NCBI GenBank assembly: GCA_050084985.1
Contig: JBITNC010000002.1
Span: 5,394,001 to 5,458,000, forward strand
Direction of reading: 5' to 3'
Length of the DNA stretch: 64,000 nt
DNA from: Nageia nagi
Lineage: Eukaryota; Plantae; Pinophyta
Shown here: in pieces, positions 25,200-38,200 of the stretch
Layout of the letters: the number at the start of each line of letters is the position of its first letter
How positions within the stretch are numbered: the stretch's first letter is position 1
Translations under genes and position numbers: made by a program
Notes under the pieces: generated by a model
The model's input: the letters and a program-made list of their open reading frames with translations, nothing else
Told to the model about the DNA's origin: nothing
Databases searched by the model: none

Positions 25200-26340
25200 C
25201 GTACAATAAGGGTTGCCTATTATCTTCACTCCCTATGAAGTTTGAATATTACCAATAAAAATATATCTCCTCAAATAAGGTTAGATCATTGTATTGTAAT
25301 ACAATGCAGGTTATGCATAACCACCTCTTATAACCTAGGGAAGAATTGACCATCCAAATGAAATGACACTATTTAAATAAATAAAAGGAAATTGTTAATA
25401 AAGGTACTAATACATGGATAATGAGCCATGAGTAAATACTTCAATATTATATTAATCCTTATCATGCCTTCCCCTTACGAGGTACTACAAGATATAGTAT
25501 CTTCCAATAGACATGTGGCACTAACCTATGCATGTGGGTATTCTCATTTATCTAACTAATACAAGCTAATACTAGTAGGGTTATGTTCATTACATTATCA
25601 TGTTTTTTGGTAAGCTTTACCATCAATGCTTGAAAAAAAAAAAAATAGTTAAAAAAGGTGGAGTGTCATAACAAAGAACATCATGAAGTTCCATTCAAGA
25701 GGCATGTGAATAAGTGGGTTGAGTCCATCCATCCATCAATAAAAGGATAATAATAAGTCAAGGTTCCCAACCTTACCATAGTACCCAACTTTTAACCAAA
25801 GTGTAAATATCTCACCATGCTTATGTTATGCCTCTTTAAAGGCAAGGCTTGTATAAGAGTAAGCAACAAAATATTAATTATCAAAGGTATCTTTAGAAGA
25901 CTCCTTCGGATGAGCCATATAGTACATGTTATGGACATTTCATTCTACTAGTATCAAGTCCATGGTTGTAAAATAAATTAGCTCTTTAATTTCAATATTA
26001 TCATAAAAACATTCTGTGACTCAAAGGCTCATAAAGGTGGTGCATCCTCCTCATTCACTATGGTCTCAAAAGTAAGTATAACAAACTCTCTATTCATAAC
26101 AATATCAATATTAAGTATAATAGCCTCCTCAATTGTAGTAATCTCAAGAATATGTATTATGCCTTCCTTGTCCATAGTGACCTGAGGATCAATCTAGAGA
26201 AGTTGAAAACATGCCATAACTTTTATATAATCTTCCTAATATGCTTTAAGTGCAATGATATTTCTTACTAATCTTGTTGGATCTCAACCAATATACAAAC
26301 CAAGGTTCATTTTATTTTTGTCAAGTGATGTTGAAGTCTT
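25200..26340 (-). mobile_element. Degraded gypsy 3' end (PPT/LTR junction), same family as the junction at ~41320
   Basis: 25435-25490 matches 41291-41345. On the minus strand both read purine tract AAGGGGAA(G/T)GCA followed by TGAT(A/G)AGGATTAATA. Outer boundaries are approximate. Confidence 0.45.
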
Positions 26341-27289
26341 AATCAAGATTACATTCAATATTCATTTTCTTGATACGATAATAGACTAGTAAAAATATAT
26401 ATATATATGTATTTTTATAACTTATCTTTTTTACATTATCTTAACCCCCTTAGCTTTTTTAAAACTAATTAGGATTATGATTTGGATAGTGTTAGTAAAG
26501 GTTCAATGATGTAAGAATGGTAATGTAAGGGGCATAAGATGGAGGGGAATTTGAAAAATACAAATGGAAAGAATGCAAATAGTATGTACAAGATGAAAAT
26601 AGAAACATGAGATTATGGGAATAATAGAGGGTTATAGAGCAACAATAAACAAAAAAGATATGATAGGATTTGGAGATGTAAACATAATAGTAGCATAGTA
26701 AGAGAAATTGATGGTGAGATAAGTGGTGTAGGGTACACAAACAATGATGTAGAAACAAAAGCAACATGGTTAGACAAGTATGTAAGCTAACAAGAGAGAA
26801 AATGAGTGCAGACATAGAATGATGATAGAGGTTTGTGATGTTTGAATGAACTATTATGTATTGACAAGCTCAAGGAGAAGGATGGTTATCCAAAGTATGA
26901 CAATGAACATTAACCAACAGAAAGGATGGCAATGTAATAAAGTTTGACATAGAGTATATGTTAATAGGGATGGGTGATAGTGAACGAGGATGCAAAGTGA
27001 TGGTGTATCATAATAGAGTGAGAAACATGTCGAACGAAGGCAAGAGGAAGATGTAACAACTTGGATATACGAGCAAAGTTGGTAAGGCATCAAATTAGAA
27101 TGAGGTTAGATTAAGAAGGCAAGGTAATATTGCAGGAGGTAGGATCAGTGGCATATTGAATAAAGACACACAATTAGAAAGTAAGGTGCATGATGAGGAA
27201 GCAAGGATATGCAACAATGGAGCATGGCATGTAGTGAGATGAATCAAGAGATCTCATAATGTTTTTTTTTTTGGAAAGCAGAAAAAATA

Positions 27290-30200
27290 TTTGAATTATA
27301 TAGAAATCAAATTTTAGAGGCTATCATTATAATAGCCTATTATACTCTTAGGATTATGCATATTTTTTGCTATCCCTAACCTTGCAATCAAACGAAAGTC
27401 CCAAGTGTTTGGGAGCTTACAGGTCCATGGGTCTCTCTTGACGAGAACTTGACACTGTAGGAATACTAGAATTGATTGGATCATATTCAATTTGAATATG
27501 GTCATACTTGAGCTAAAGGTAGTGGAAAGGTTATCAATGTTCCATGAAGTTGTATTTGATTTGTGACTCCTCATGGGTTGGGTTAGAGGCATCCCAAATG
27601 TGCACCAATTGGGTTCCAAATTTGACCCAAACTTTTTCTTTTGATAACTAAATTTGCATAAAGATTCTTTGATTCCTTTTAATCCGTATGCTCCACATGA
27701 TCATTGTCAAGACGACATTCCATATAATTATAAGGGCTATCTTATAGTGGGGAAGTACATAGGATTGGAGTAGATCACCTATAGTTGGAGGGATTACAAA
27801 TTGAATGGAGGATACAAAGAGTAAATCATGCCATATACACATCTCAAAGGGAAAATGAAGTAATATATGAGGTCCTATTTCATGTTCTTCACTATATAGA
27901 TATAGTGCACATAGGGGTATCTTTGACCAACCTCTTTTATATAATTGATCATCAAAAAGTATTTAATTATGAATGGTTGGTCATAAAAAGAATTTTGAAT
28001 TCGACTAAGCATTAGAAGATCATACCCATTTCTAAACAATTAGGGGAAATAGGAAGATATTAGAGGATATTAATGTCGTAAAAGTTGAAGGCAAAGTTAA
28101 CTATGTAGACACCCAATGAAGTTCGCGTCTAAACAAGGTTGTCTTCTCTATCTAGTTTCAACTTGTAAAGGAGGAGTTGTGAGTACGTGCTAACTTTTAT
28201 TGTATCTATTCTACTGGGATTGGGTCTAGTTTTCACCATCATTTTTGCTTCATTCCATTGAGATCTGCCTATCACTAGTAATCTTCAACTATTACTCCCC
28301 ATTATTGTGATAGGAAGTTTTGGAGGTTTGAAAAATCATTTATGGTTGAGATAGGGTTAGAGGATAATCAAGTATCATGCAAAAAGCAAATCTTATCCCC
28401 ATTGATAGCATTCCATTTTAGGAATTGGATAACTAAATAATGTATCATGTTGAGCCCATTCCAAACCATCAAGCCAACTAAGATTTTTTCTATTATGAAG
28501 ATTCGAGTCTAAGTACATTAATCTGATCATCTTATTCCATATGAAATTATAGTCAGTATATATTTTCTAGATGAGCTTCTCTAGTATTACTATGTTCATT
28601 TGGAAAAGCTTCCTAATACCCAAACAACCTTTGCTCATATATATACAAACTACTTCCCAAGCAATCAAGTGAATTTTTTCTCCTCTAAATTACCCTGCCA
28701 AAGGAAGTCCCTTATGTTATGTTCAATTTGGATTAGAACCTTGAAAGGAATCCAAAGCACTCCAAGGTAGAAGACAATAATGGCAATAAGGATTGATTTA
28801 ATTTTGACTAAACACTCTACTATATAGATCCATTTTGCCTTCTAAGTTGCTAATTTCGAGGTAAGTTTTGTAGTGATCTTGTTCCATAAGTTTCCAAAAT
28901 GATCCCTTTGGAAGAGTGGGATCCCAAAGTATGTGTTAGGGAGTGGGTCTATAATCATACCAATCAGGTAGAACATTAAGTTAAGGAGGCAGCTAGGTAA
29001 GTTGATCGTGTAAATTTTGGACTTACTATAGTTGACTACATGTATAAAGGCTAGTTCATAAGAATTAAGGAGGTTTTTTTATTATATGGATTTTTTGGAC
29101 AAAGGCATAAGCAATTAGTAAGGTATCATCAACAAATTGGGAACGAGTCATTGAAGGGTAAAGATTGTTTATATTGATTTTGCCTGAAACATGAAGGTGT
29201 TTCATGTACTTACTAAGTGCTTCAACTAATATTATGAACAAATAAGGTGACAGGGGATCATCTTGTTTTAGCCCTTTAAATCCCTTGAAAATTCCTCTAG
29301 CACTACCATTGACGAGGATGGAGAATGAGGGTTGACTAATGAGATAAGAGATCCATTGGATACATCATGAATCAAGTCCCACATTGTCCAACATTCATAT
29401 TAAGAAGACCTAGTTTATTCGATAAAAAGCCTTCATCATATCCAGTTTGAGCAAAATCCCCTTACTCTTATGCTTGGTAAAGAAGTGAATCAGTTCATGT
29501 ATTAGGATTGCCCCATCCATAAGTTACCTACCATTAATGAAATATTTTTATTCATTTGATATAATGTATATATAGAATTGCTTATTTAAATTTCTTGGCA
29601 ACTACCTTAAAAATAATCTTGCAAATATAATTGCACAAAGAAATAGGAAAAAAAGGCATCAATAGTATTAGCCTTCACGACCTTAGGGGTCAAGGCTAAT
29701 AAGATGTGATTTATTCTTGCAAGTAATTACTTTGACCTGAAGGATCCTCGAACCACTTCCATAACTTCATCTTTGAGCAGCTACCAAAAGTGTTGATAGA
29801 CACCTAATGGGGATCCATATAGACTAGGGCCCTTAAGATTTTTATGTGAGTGGCAATGGAATGCACCTCCTCCTCTAGGATATGGATAGTGAGTAGGGCA
29901 TTTTGAAAAAAAGTAACCAATTTCAATATGAGATATAGGAACTAGTCTTGGGGTTCTTTCTTATTTTTGACCTCTTATGAGAGTAAGGATTTGTTATAGG
30001 AGATGATGTGGTCATATAGGAAATCTAGGGAAGTGATTATTTGACCATTAGGTGTAACTAACTTAGTGATCTTATTGGTGGCCCTATGAGACATGGTGGA
30101 GTCATGGAAATACTTGGTATTATGATCTCTTTCTTATATACATCACAATCTAGATTTTTATTTCCAAAATATCTCCTCATGGAGGTGAGATTTATTGAGT

Positions 30201-31810
30201 TAATGAAGGAGGATTCTCTATTGGTCTAAGAGGGGTGTATCTTATTTCATATTTTTATTTCTAATTTAATTATGATCTCTAATATAAAGGAGTGTTGATT
30301 CTAACACTTTAATTTCTCTTTGAGTTTACTTAACTTGTATATTTACTTGTACATGTTGGATATGTACAAATGATTCGCCTTACTCCACCACCCCTCCACA
30401 AACTCAAAGAAAGAAGATTTTTGTAGCCACATTTGTTCTAATCTAAAAGGGATATCTCAATGTTGGGATTTTATAATGAAAGAGTGTGCCCTTTTCTATC
30501 CAATGGGGAGAGAAAAGAAATCTGTCCAATTTTTAAAGGACTTTATGCTCTTTGGAAAGTATTTTACTCCATGTATGGTACTTTTCTTACGAAATGGTCA
30601 TAGTTGTAGTTTGGAAGCTATTCATTGAAGTCTTCATCACTTTGCTTCAACTTTCAGGTACCCCCTTGTTTCTCTACAAGGTTTCGAATGGCATTAAGGT
30701 CACCCTCCATAATGTTGGGTAGATCACCTTGGTTAGCTATGTAGATATTTGCCTTTAGCATTCCTTTTTGTGTTATGGATCCTACAGACCATAGACATTT
30801 ACAATGCTGATATGTAAAGTTATTTATAAATATTTTATTAAAACAACCATCTCGTGATCACTTACAAAATATAATGCACATTCCAATTTGGAACTATTCC
30901 ACATAATGGAATAGTCTCCTAGATATACTATGAAATCTTTCACCATAATAGAGCATTTTGGCCAGAACTTGCATTTGAAACTAGCAACTCCTTTAGCAGA
31001 GGGCTCAGTTTCTTGAATAAATAGGACCATAGGTTATTATGAATGAATCAATTACTTTACCATTTAAATATTATCAATGGAATCGAGACCTTATTTGTTC
31101 CATGAGATGAGGATCCTGGGATCACCTGGCCTTTTTGGGGTCCAACAGCTCCTCAAGTTTATATCGAGTTCCCCCTTCAACACCTTCTCTTGTTAGTTAT
31201 TATAGCTTTTATAACTTATAGACTTGACCTCATTTCCTTTGAATCCCTACATAGAGATTCTTGATTTTGTTATTGTTTTCTTTGGTATATTGAATTTATG
31301 ACCATTATTAGGGGGAGGTAAATGATTTTGATTATGTGAGCTAGGTTCTCCTATTATTGAGTCCCTTATTTTTGGGGGGATGTTGGCCATGTTTATGTCC
31401 ATCTCTTGGGGTGGTAATTCTATAGGTTGAGTGTCCTCCCATTAGCTTCTAGAGAATGCGGGGAAGTGTTGAGTAGCTCTTAGAGTAGGGAGTCTTGGTT
31501 GAAAATAGGGGTGCTTGGGTTCATGATTAGGAGGGAAGGGGTAGGCTCAATTATCATATTCTCAAACTTTTATAGGTACTAATAGAGATATGAAACCCTA
31601 ACCTCTATGTTGGATGTTGTCTTTTACTCATGGTAAAGGAAAGACTCAGTTAAAGAATGATGAATCTTACCATTATGGCCTTTAAGATTGGGGATTTGAA
31701 AGCTATCAACTTAGGTTTGGTTCTTAAGAAGTGTGGGCTTAGCATGCAGCTCACCAAGTGGCCGTATTTCCCACATATCCTACACCTAAATGATAATCTT
31801 TTGTAGTTTA
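27290..31810 (-). mobile_element. Degraded L1 LINE (ORF2 plus end of ORF1), interrupted by copia-1
   Basis: ORF1 zinc knuckle FRCRICGKYGHLVSC (~31790-31745). ORF2 start ILISWNK*GL (~31115). RT motifs SFSILVNG..KGLKQDDPLSPYLF (~29330-29240) and SQFVDDT (~29145). Confidence 0.85.
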
Positions 31811-32308
31811 TGTTAGAATTTGTAATGAAATATTGTAAATATCTATACTCCTTGTAAATTCAATTAATCACTTAAGGGTATGTAGATACCTTAAATGATT
31901 AATAGAATTCTTTAATGTATAGACTTTGACTTTACCAAAGGAGTTAGTTGGTAGGTTGAAGTTTGGTGGTACATTTAATGTAACCCTAACCTTACCCTTG
32001 GGTTAAAGGAAGGTTAGGGAGGTGCTCTCAACCTATAAATAGAGGGCCTCTCCTCATGTAAACATATCTAAGTTTTGAGTAAGATTACTCTACTTGGTTG
32101 TGTAGGAGAGAGCTAGAGAATAGTTGTAAGAGAGACATAGATTTGAGAATAAGAGAGCTAGTTGTGGATGTACTCCCAAGGAGGGAGGAACCACATTATA
32201 TTGGTGTCATATTGTGTGAATGATGTTCTTAGAATTATAGATGTGTAATCTTGAGTTTCCTAGTCTAAGGTCCTAGAGGATTTGTTTAGTTATAGTTCAA
32301 ATCCTTCA
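31811..32308 (+). repeat. copia-1 5' LTR
   Basis: TGTTAG...CCTTCA. By eye it differs from the 3' LTR at one position (C32032 versus G40387). Confidence 0.97.
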
Positions 32309-32310
32309 AT

Positions 32311-32323
32311 TGGTATCAGAGCC
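32311..32323 (+). promoter_or_regulatory. Primer-binding site (initiator tRNA-Met)
   Basis: TGGTATCAGAGCC, 2 nt after the LTR. Confidence 0.95.
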
Positions 32324-32413
32324 TTGTTGAGGAAGCTCTTCTTGGTGTTGAAACTCTCCTTGTTGAGGAAGCTCTTCTTGGTGTTGAAACTCTCCTTGTT
32401 GAGGAAGCTCTTT
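32323..32413 (+). repeat. 36-bp tandem repeat (~2.5 copies) directly after the PBS
   Basis: CTTGTTGAGGAAGCTCTTCTTGGTGTTGAAACTCTC is repeated here. Copia-2 has a single related copy. Confidence 0.9.
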
Positions 32414-34225
32414 TGGTGTGGAAGCTACATTTTGGAGGTGCTTCATCCTTCTCAAATTTGGAGATCTTAATCCTAATCTTTTTGGTGAGGTAAATTCAAG
32501 AGAAGGTATAACCTCCTTCATATAATCTCCTTCATTTTTTTTTGGCTTATGCACTAATGATACTAACATTATTTGCTATGTGTTGAGCTCATTTTTTTTT
32601 GTTTGGGCAATACATGGCTAACAAAATTGTAATATGATGTTCCTTGTTTGTTGTTATTACTAACCTTTTGTTTACTTGCAATTTTTACAAAGTGCTTAAA
32701 TTGCTACATTTAAACAAACAAAAAAAAGGAGATGGTTAGTATACAACATTTGAGAAATATTACAATTTTTTTCTCAAAATAGTCTTTTGTGAACAATATC
32801 AAAACAAGGAGGAAGATGCAATTTTGTTTACATATTTTATTGTTGACATAAAGAGGAGGACAATTTGTTTAAAAAGCACAAATAGTTCTATATATTTTTA
32901 GATTTTAAATCTATTTAAAATATTCAAAAATATATAAATGTTTTGTTATTATGTTTTTTTTACATTTATTTAAACTCAAAATACATAACATTTAGGGGGG
33001 TCACAATAAAATTATATGACTATATTTCAAAGGGGGGGTCATTAGATAAAACTTAAATCATATAAATTTGTTTAAAACAAAATTTGGAGGGGTCAAATTA
33101 AAGTTTTAAAATATATATATTTTTATTGTTTAGTTAAATCAAATAAAATATATTATCACATTAAATAAATCGGGGGGGGTCACATTTTTTAAACACGCAG
33201 GGGCATTTCCCCGCGCGCGCGAGCGGCCACCTCCCACCGCGTGGCCACCGCGCGGCCACCTCCCCGTGCGCGCCCGCCTTCCCCACCGCGCTCCGCCGCT
33301 CCTCAGCCTCGTACGACCGCGCCTGCTCCTCCTGCTGCACCCTGATGCTGCCAACTACATTTTTTTTATTTTTTTGAGCTACTGGCATCTCTGAGCTTGT
33401 TAATCCCTCAGAAAGACTCTTTAAAACCGGATTCCTGTCCTGTTGTAGTTGTGGATGCCATAACAGACAGCAATGATCGTCGCTATGCACGACTCGGATC
33501 TATTGTTGACGTCTGGTCAGCAGGCTATGCAGTGGCGTCGCCTCAGTCTCCTCCTCGCCTCCTCCCGCACGCGCGCGCGACTTGTTTGACAAGATGCATA
33601 CTGCAGACTACGTTTCACGGACTGCAATGATCGTAGGAGATGCACCAAAACAGATACGTTGAATGTGCAGACAGACCTGCACGCCTCCTCCCACGCCTGC
33701 TCCCTCCTGGTCTCCCTGCCCATGGTCACACCGTGGAGTTCTGCACTCTCTTCCTCCCTCTCCTCTTAAATGCAACGTGTCTTTTTTGGTAGAAAAACTA
33801 GGAGGGTCATATTTTTCCACCTAAGCATTTAATGATTATTGACTTAGGAATTTTTTTTCTTTCTTAAGGTAGCCAAGGCATTTCAAGCATTTAAAAATAA
33901 GGGCAGGGTCTCCTATTCCACCTTCCAAGTCAATTGCTCCCATTAAATGCACTTAGGAGTCCTTCACATAATTTCTTATTTTCTCCTCCAAATTTAATGC
34001 TTAATTAAATAAAGGTGCACATGCATAGTAATTTACTCTAAAGTATGCTATTTTTTTTAAGTAAATAAGGGAATCTTTTACTTAAAATACATCACTTATA
34101 AGCTAAGTCATAGCATACAAGTTGGTTCTCTAGAGATAAAACTTTAAGTAACAAAGGGGGGGCCTTGGTATAAATTTTTTACTTAAATTTTATCTAGATA
34201 CATGTATCTTATTTGAATACTAAGT

Positions 34226-34495
34226 ATGCTTAGGACTTAAATTTCTAATGCATGATGCATGCTTACGTAAATTTTAAGTCATGATAGAATGCATGTTATA
34301 AGTATGCTTAAATGTTAAGAATGCATAAGCATGCTTAGGACTTAAATTTCTAATGCATGATGCATGCTTACGTAAATTTTAAGTCATGATAGAATGCATG
34401 TTATAAGTATGCTTAAATGTTAAGAATGCATAAGCATGCTTAGGACTTAAATTTTTTAATGCATGATGCATGCTTACTTAAATTTTTAAGTCGTG
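34226..34495 (+). repeat. 105-bp tandem repeat (~2.6 copies) in the copia-1 leader
   Basis: TAGGACTTAAATTT recurs at 34231, 34336 and 34441. Confidence 0.9.
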
Positions 34496-35286
34496 ATATA
34501 CTAAGTAGGACTTAGTTCTTAATGTTTAATTAAGTGCTTTGAGAAAAATGTGAACAATGTAAAAGTCCTTTAGGGGTTAGAACAAAACCCATTGGACTCA
34601 ATTTTTTGGCCTTTTTAAGGTTTCAAGTTCGTGTGGATGGAGTAATTTTTCACCTTACTTTATATTTTTTGCACATTTGCTTATACTTGCAATACGCAAA
34701 AATGTGAAAAGTAACCCCTAAAATGAATACATCCGCACGTATTTTCCACAACATGACTTGTTTGGGGAGCCATGAGGTGAGGACAGGGCAGACTGGAGCC
34801 CTTTTAGTCCGAAGAACCAAGTGGTGGTAAGTCCGTCTTAATTGCCCCTAAGACCTCTGTTGGATTGGACATAACTCTATTAGGTGGACAGGCATGTGTG
34901 TAGTGATACCACATGTCCGCACGTCCATTCAGGGATTATCCTGATAACCTAGGAGGAAAACTGAAACCCTTAATCAAGATAATTAAAATGGCCGGTCCAA
35001 GATACGTCGGATCCTTGGAAAATAGTAAGTACTTCTCCTTGTGAGAGTATATCACTGACCAAGGTGAACTGGTTGAGGACTGGTAGTACCTGGGCTCCAC
35101 CTTGCGGGCATCCAGGTGAAGGCCTAATTCTATACAAGAAAACAACCCCAACTTTATCCTTCTATGGATCGTGGTTAATGAGTTTACACATGTGGGACAT
35201 GTTTGCTTATTAGTTGTTTTATATGTATAGATGGAAAAATTATAAAAGTTTACATTCTTATTGCATATTTATTTGTTTTTGTAGCA

Positions 35287-38200
35287 ATGGTTGAAACCTT
35301 CGTTCCCAAGCACATACTCGATGGTTCCAACTTTGGAATATGGGAACCACGTATGAAAGCCGAGTTACAAGCAAGAAAGCTATGGCAGACAGTTAGTGAA
35401 GATGCAGTTGCTCCTACCGATGAGAAGGCTCTTGAAGTATACAACTCAAAGAATGAGTTAGCAACTTCTATGATATACCGTGCAGTTTCAGATGATGTCC
35501 TTCTCATGATTTCTTCATCAACTTCAGCAAAGGAAGCTTGGGATCGGTTAAAGAAAATCTACCTTGGGTCCAAATTTTCAAGGAGGTTTACCATTCTACA
35601 AAAGTTGTTGCAGTATCGACAAAGTGAAGATGAAAGTGCCTCCATCTACTTAAACAAAATCATTGACCTCAGGACACAACTGGTTGGTTGTGGATGCAAC
35701 TGGATCAATGATGAGTTCATGGTCTTCATCATTCTACAAAGCCTTACTTCAAAGTTCAGCAACTTTGTCACAGTTATGGAAACAAGGCTTGATGATGAAG
35801 AAGATGTCATCTCACTAGATAACCTTTCAAGACTTCTTTTAAAGCATGAGGAAACTTTGAACAAGAAAATGTTGAACCTTTCTCCAAAGGACCATAGCAT
35901 TGCTCTAGGAGCAACCAAAACTCCTTTCAAGAAAAAGTTCAAACATTACAAATTCAAAGACAACAAGTCCTCATCTACCTTCAGGAAGTATGACAAAAAG
36001 GGCAACAACAACAACAATCATGGCAACTACAGGCACAGGAATGATAAAGCAGGATCAAGCAATCCAACACCTCAAGAAAAGTTTGATGGGAATTGTAACT
36101 TCTGTGGCATATTTGGGCACAAAGAGTATGATTGTCGCAAAAAGAAATTTGCTCAAAAAGGAAAGGGAAATGCAAATATGAGAAATTTCAATAATAAAAA
36201 GAAGAACAAGCATGCTGCTTCTGTTGCCTACTACTCAATGACTCAAACTATTTCAAATGATTGGATTGTTGATACAGGATGCACTAATCACATGTGTTAT
36301 GAAAAAGATAAGTTTGAAAACTTTCATAAGTACAAAAAGGATGCAGTTGTGATAGGTGATAATACAGTCCTTGATGTTCACGGAATAGGAAGTGTGAAGA
36401 TTCATGGAAAGACTCTTGATAATGTCTTTTATGTGCCTAAACTAAGGATGAATCTCATCTCCGTGATTCAAATTACAAGGAAAGGATGCTCATTTGAGTT
36501 TACCTCACACTCTTGGTGTGTTAAGAAAGGACTTGCCACTTTGATGAAAGGATCAGTAAAGAATGACCTTTATATTGTGGATCAAGTACCTTCAAAGATT
36601 TGTCTTGCTACAAATGTTTGTTCAAAAGGTAATCTTTGGCATCAACGATTAGGACACCTTAACCACAAGAGTATTCAAGTTATGAAAACTCAAGAACTTG
36701 TGGAAGGTTTACCTAATATTTCACCCACAGTTGGTCTTTGTGAAAGGTGCATTCTAGGAAAGATGCATAGGCAAAAGTTTGAAAAAGATAAGGCAACTCG
36801 GGCTACTTGTCCTCTTCAACTTGTGCATTCAGATTTGATGGGTCCTTTTCAGACTAAGTCACTAGGTGGAGCTTCTTATGTTCTGACCTTCATTGATGAC
36901 TTCAGTAGGATGACATTTGGTTATCTACTTGAGCACAAGGATCAAACTTTTGACAGGTTTCAAGACTTCAAGGCACTTGTTGAAAAACAAACTGATTTTA
37001 AGATCAAAATGCTGAGATCGGACAATGGGGGTGAATATAATAGCAATGAGTTTAACAACTTTTGTGTTAAACACGGGATTAAGCGACAATTCACAATCCC
37101 TTACACCCCTCAGCAAAATGGAGTTGCTGAAAGGAAGAATCGCACCATTATGGAAATGGCAAGATGCATGTTGGGTAACCTTCCTAGTTTCTTATGGGGC
37201 GAAGCTGTTCACACTGCTATTCACACCCTAAATAGGTGTCCTACTAAGGCAGTTGAAGGTAAAACTCCATATGAAGCATGGACAGGAAAGAAACCTAACC
37301 TCTCACACTTCAGAATCTTCGGTTGTGATGCATTTACCTTCATTACCTCAGAGAAAAGAAAGAAGCTAGATAAACGATCAGAAAAATGCATCTTTGTGGG
37401 GTATGATAATCAGCATAGAGGTTACAGGCTCTACTCTTCATCCCATAAAATAGTCTTTGTGTCTAGGGATGTTAAGTTCAATGAACTTTCTGAGGATACC
37501 ACCTCTCATGCTGAAGTGTCTGATACAGATGATTCTTCGCCTGCACCTAACTGGTTGGATGATCATGTAGAGAAGTCACCACAAGAGCAAAATTCTCCAG
37601 CACAGAGAATTACAAGAAGTATGACCTTGAATAAATCCTTATTTGCCAAAATTGATAATATGCATGAGCCATCAACCTTCAAAGAAGCTTCCAAGCAAGA
37701 GTGTTGGATGGAAGCTATGAAAGTTGAGTATGAGGCTCTCATGAAAAATGAAACTTGGGATTTGGTTCCTTATCCCAATGAGAAAAATATGATTGGCAAT
37801 AAATGGATATACAAGGTCAAGTACAATTCTGATGGAAACATTGAAAAATACAAGGCAAGGTTAGTAGCCAAAGGATTCGCTCAGAAATATGGTATTGATT
37901 ATGAGGAAACCTTTGCTCCTGTAGCCAAGATGCCTACTGTCAGAATAATTCTTGCTCTTTCTGCAGCTCAAGGATGGAAAGCTTTTCAACTTGATGTCAA
38001 AAGTGCATTTCTCAATGGGGACTTAGATGTTGAAATCTACATGAATCAACCAGAAGGATTTATTCCAGAAGGAAAAGAGACTCTTGTGTGTAAGCTAAAG
38101 AAGTCTTTGTATGGACTTAAGCAAGCACCTAGAGCATGGTACAAGAAAATTTTAGGATTCTTTGCAGATATTGGTTTTTCCAAGTGCTTCTCAGATTCAG

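Noticed and set aside
26492-27250. Purine-skewed region with hydrophobic minus-strand ORFs
   Set aside because: Low-complexity composition with no recognisable motif or boundaries.
33139-33820. Several Arg/Gly/Ala-rich ORFs in the copia GC islands (also 50012-51093)
   Set aside because: Expected by chance in GC-rich DNA, and not conserved between the two sister elements.
35203-35286. N-terminal extension MLISCFICIDG... of the 1336-aa ORF (and its equivalent at 48935)
   Set aside because: It starts at a TTG and overlaps a polypyrimidine tract/acceptor-like sequence. The first ATG is at 35287.
35250-37231. Antisense and alternate-frame ORFs within gag-pol that are shared by both elements
   Set aside because: Shadow ORFs explained by the near-identity of the underlying coding sequence.
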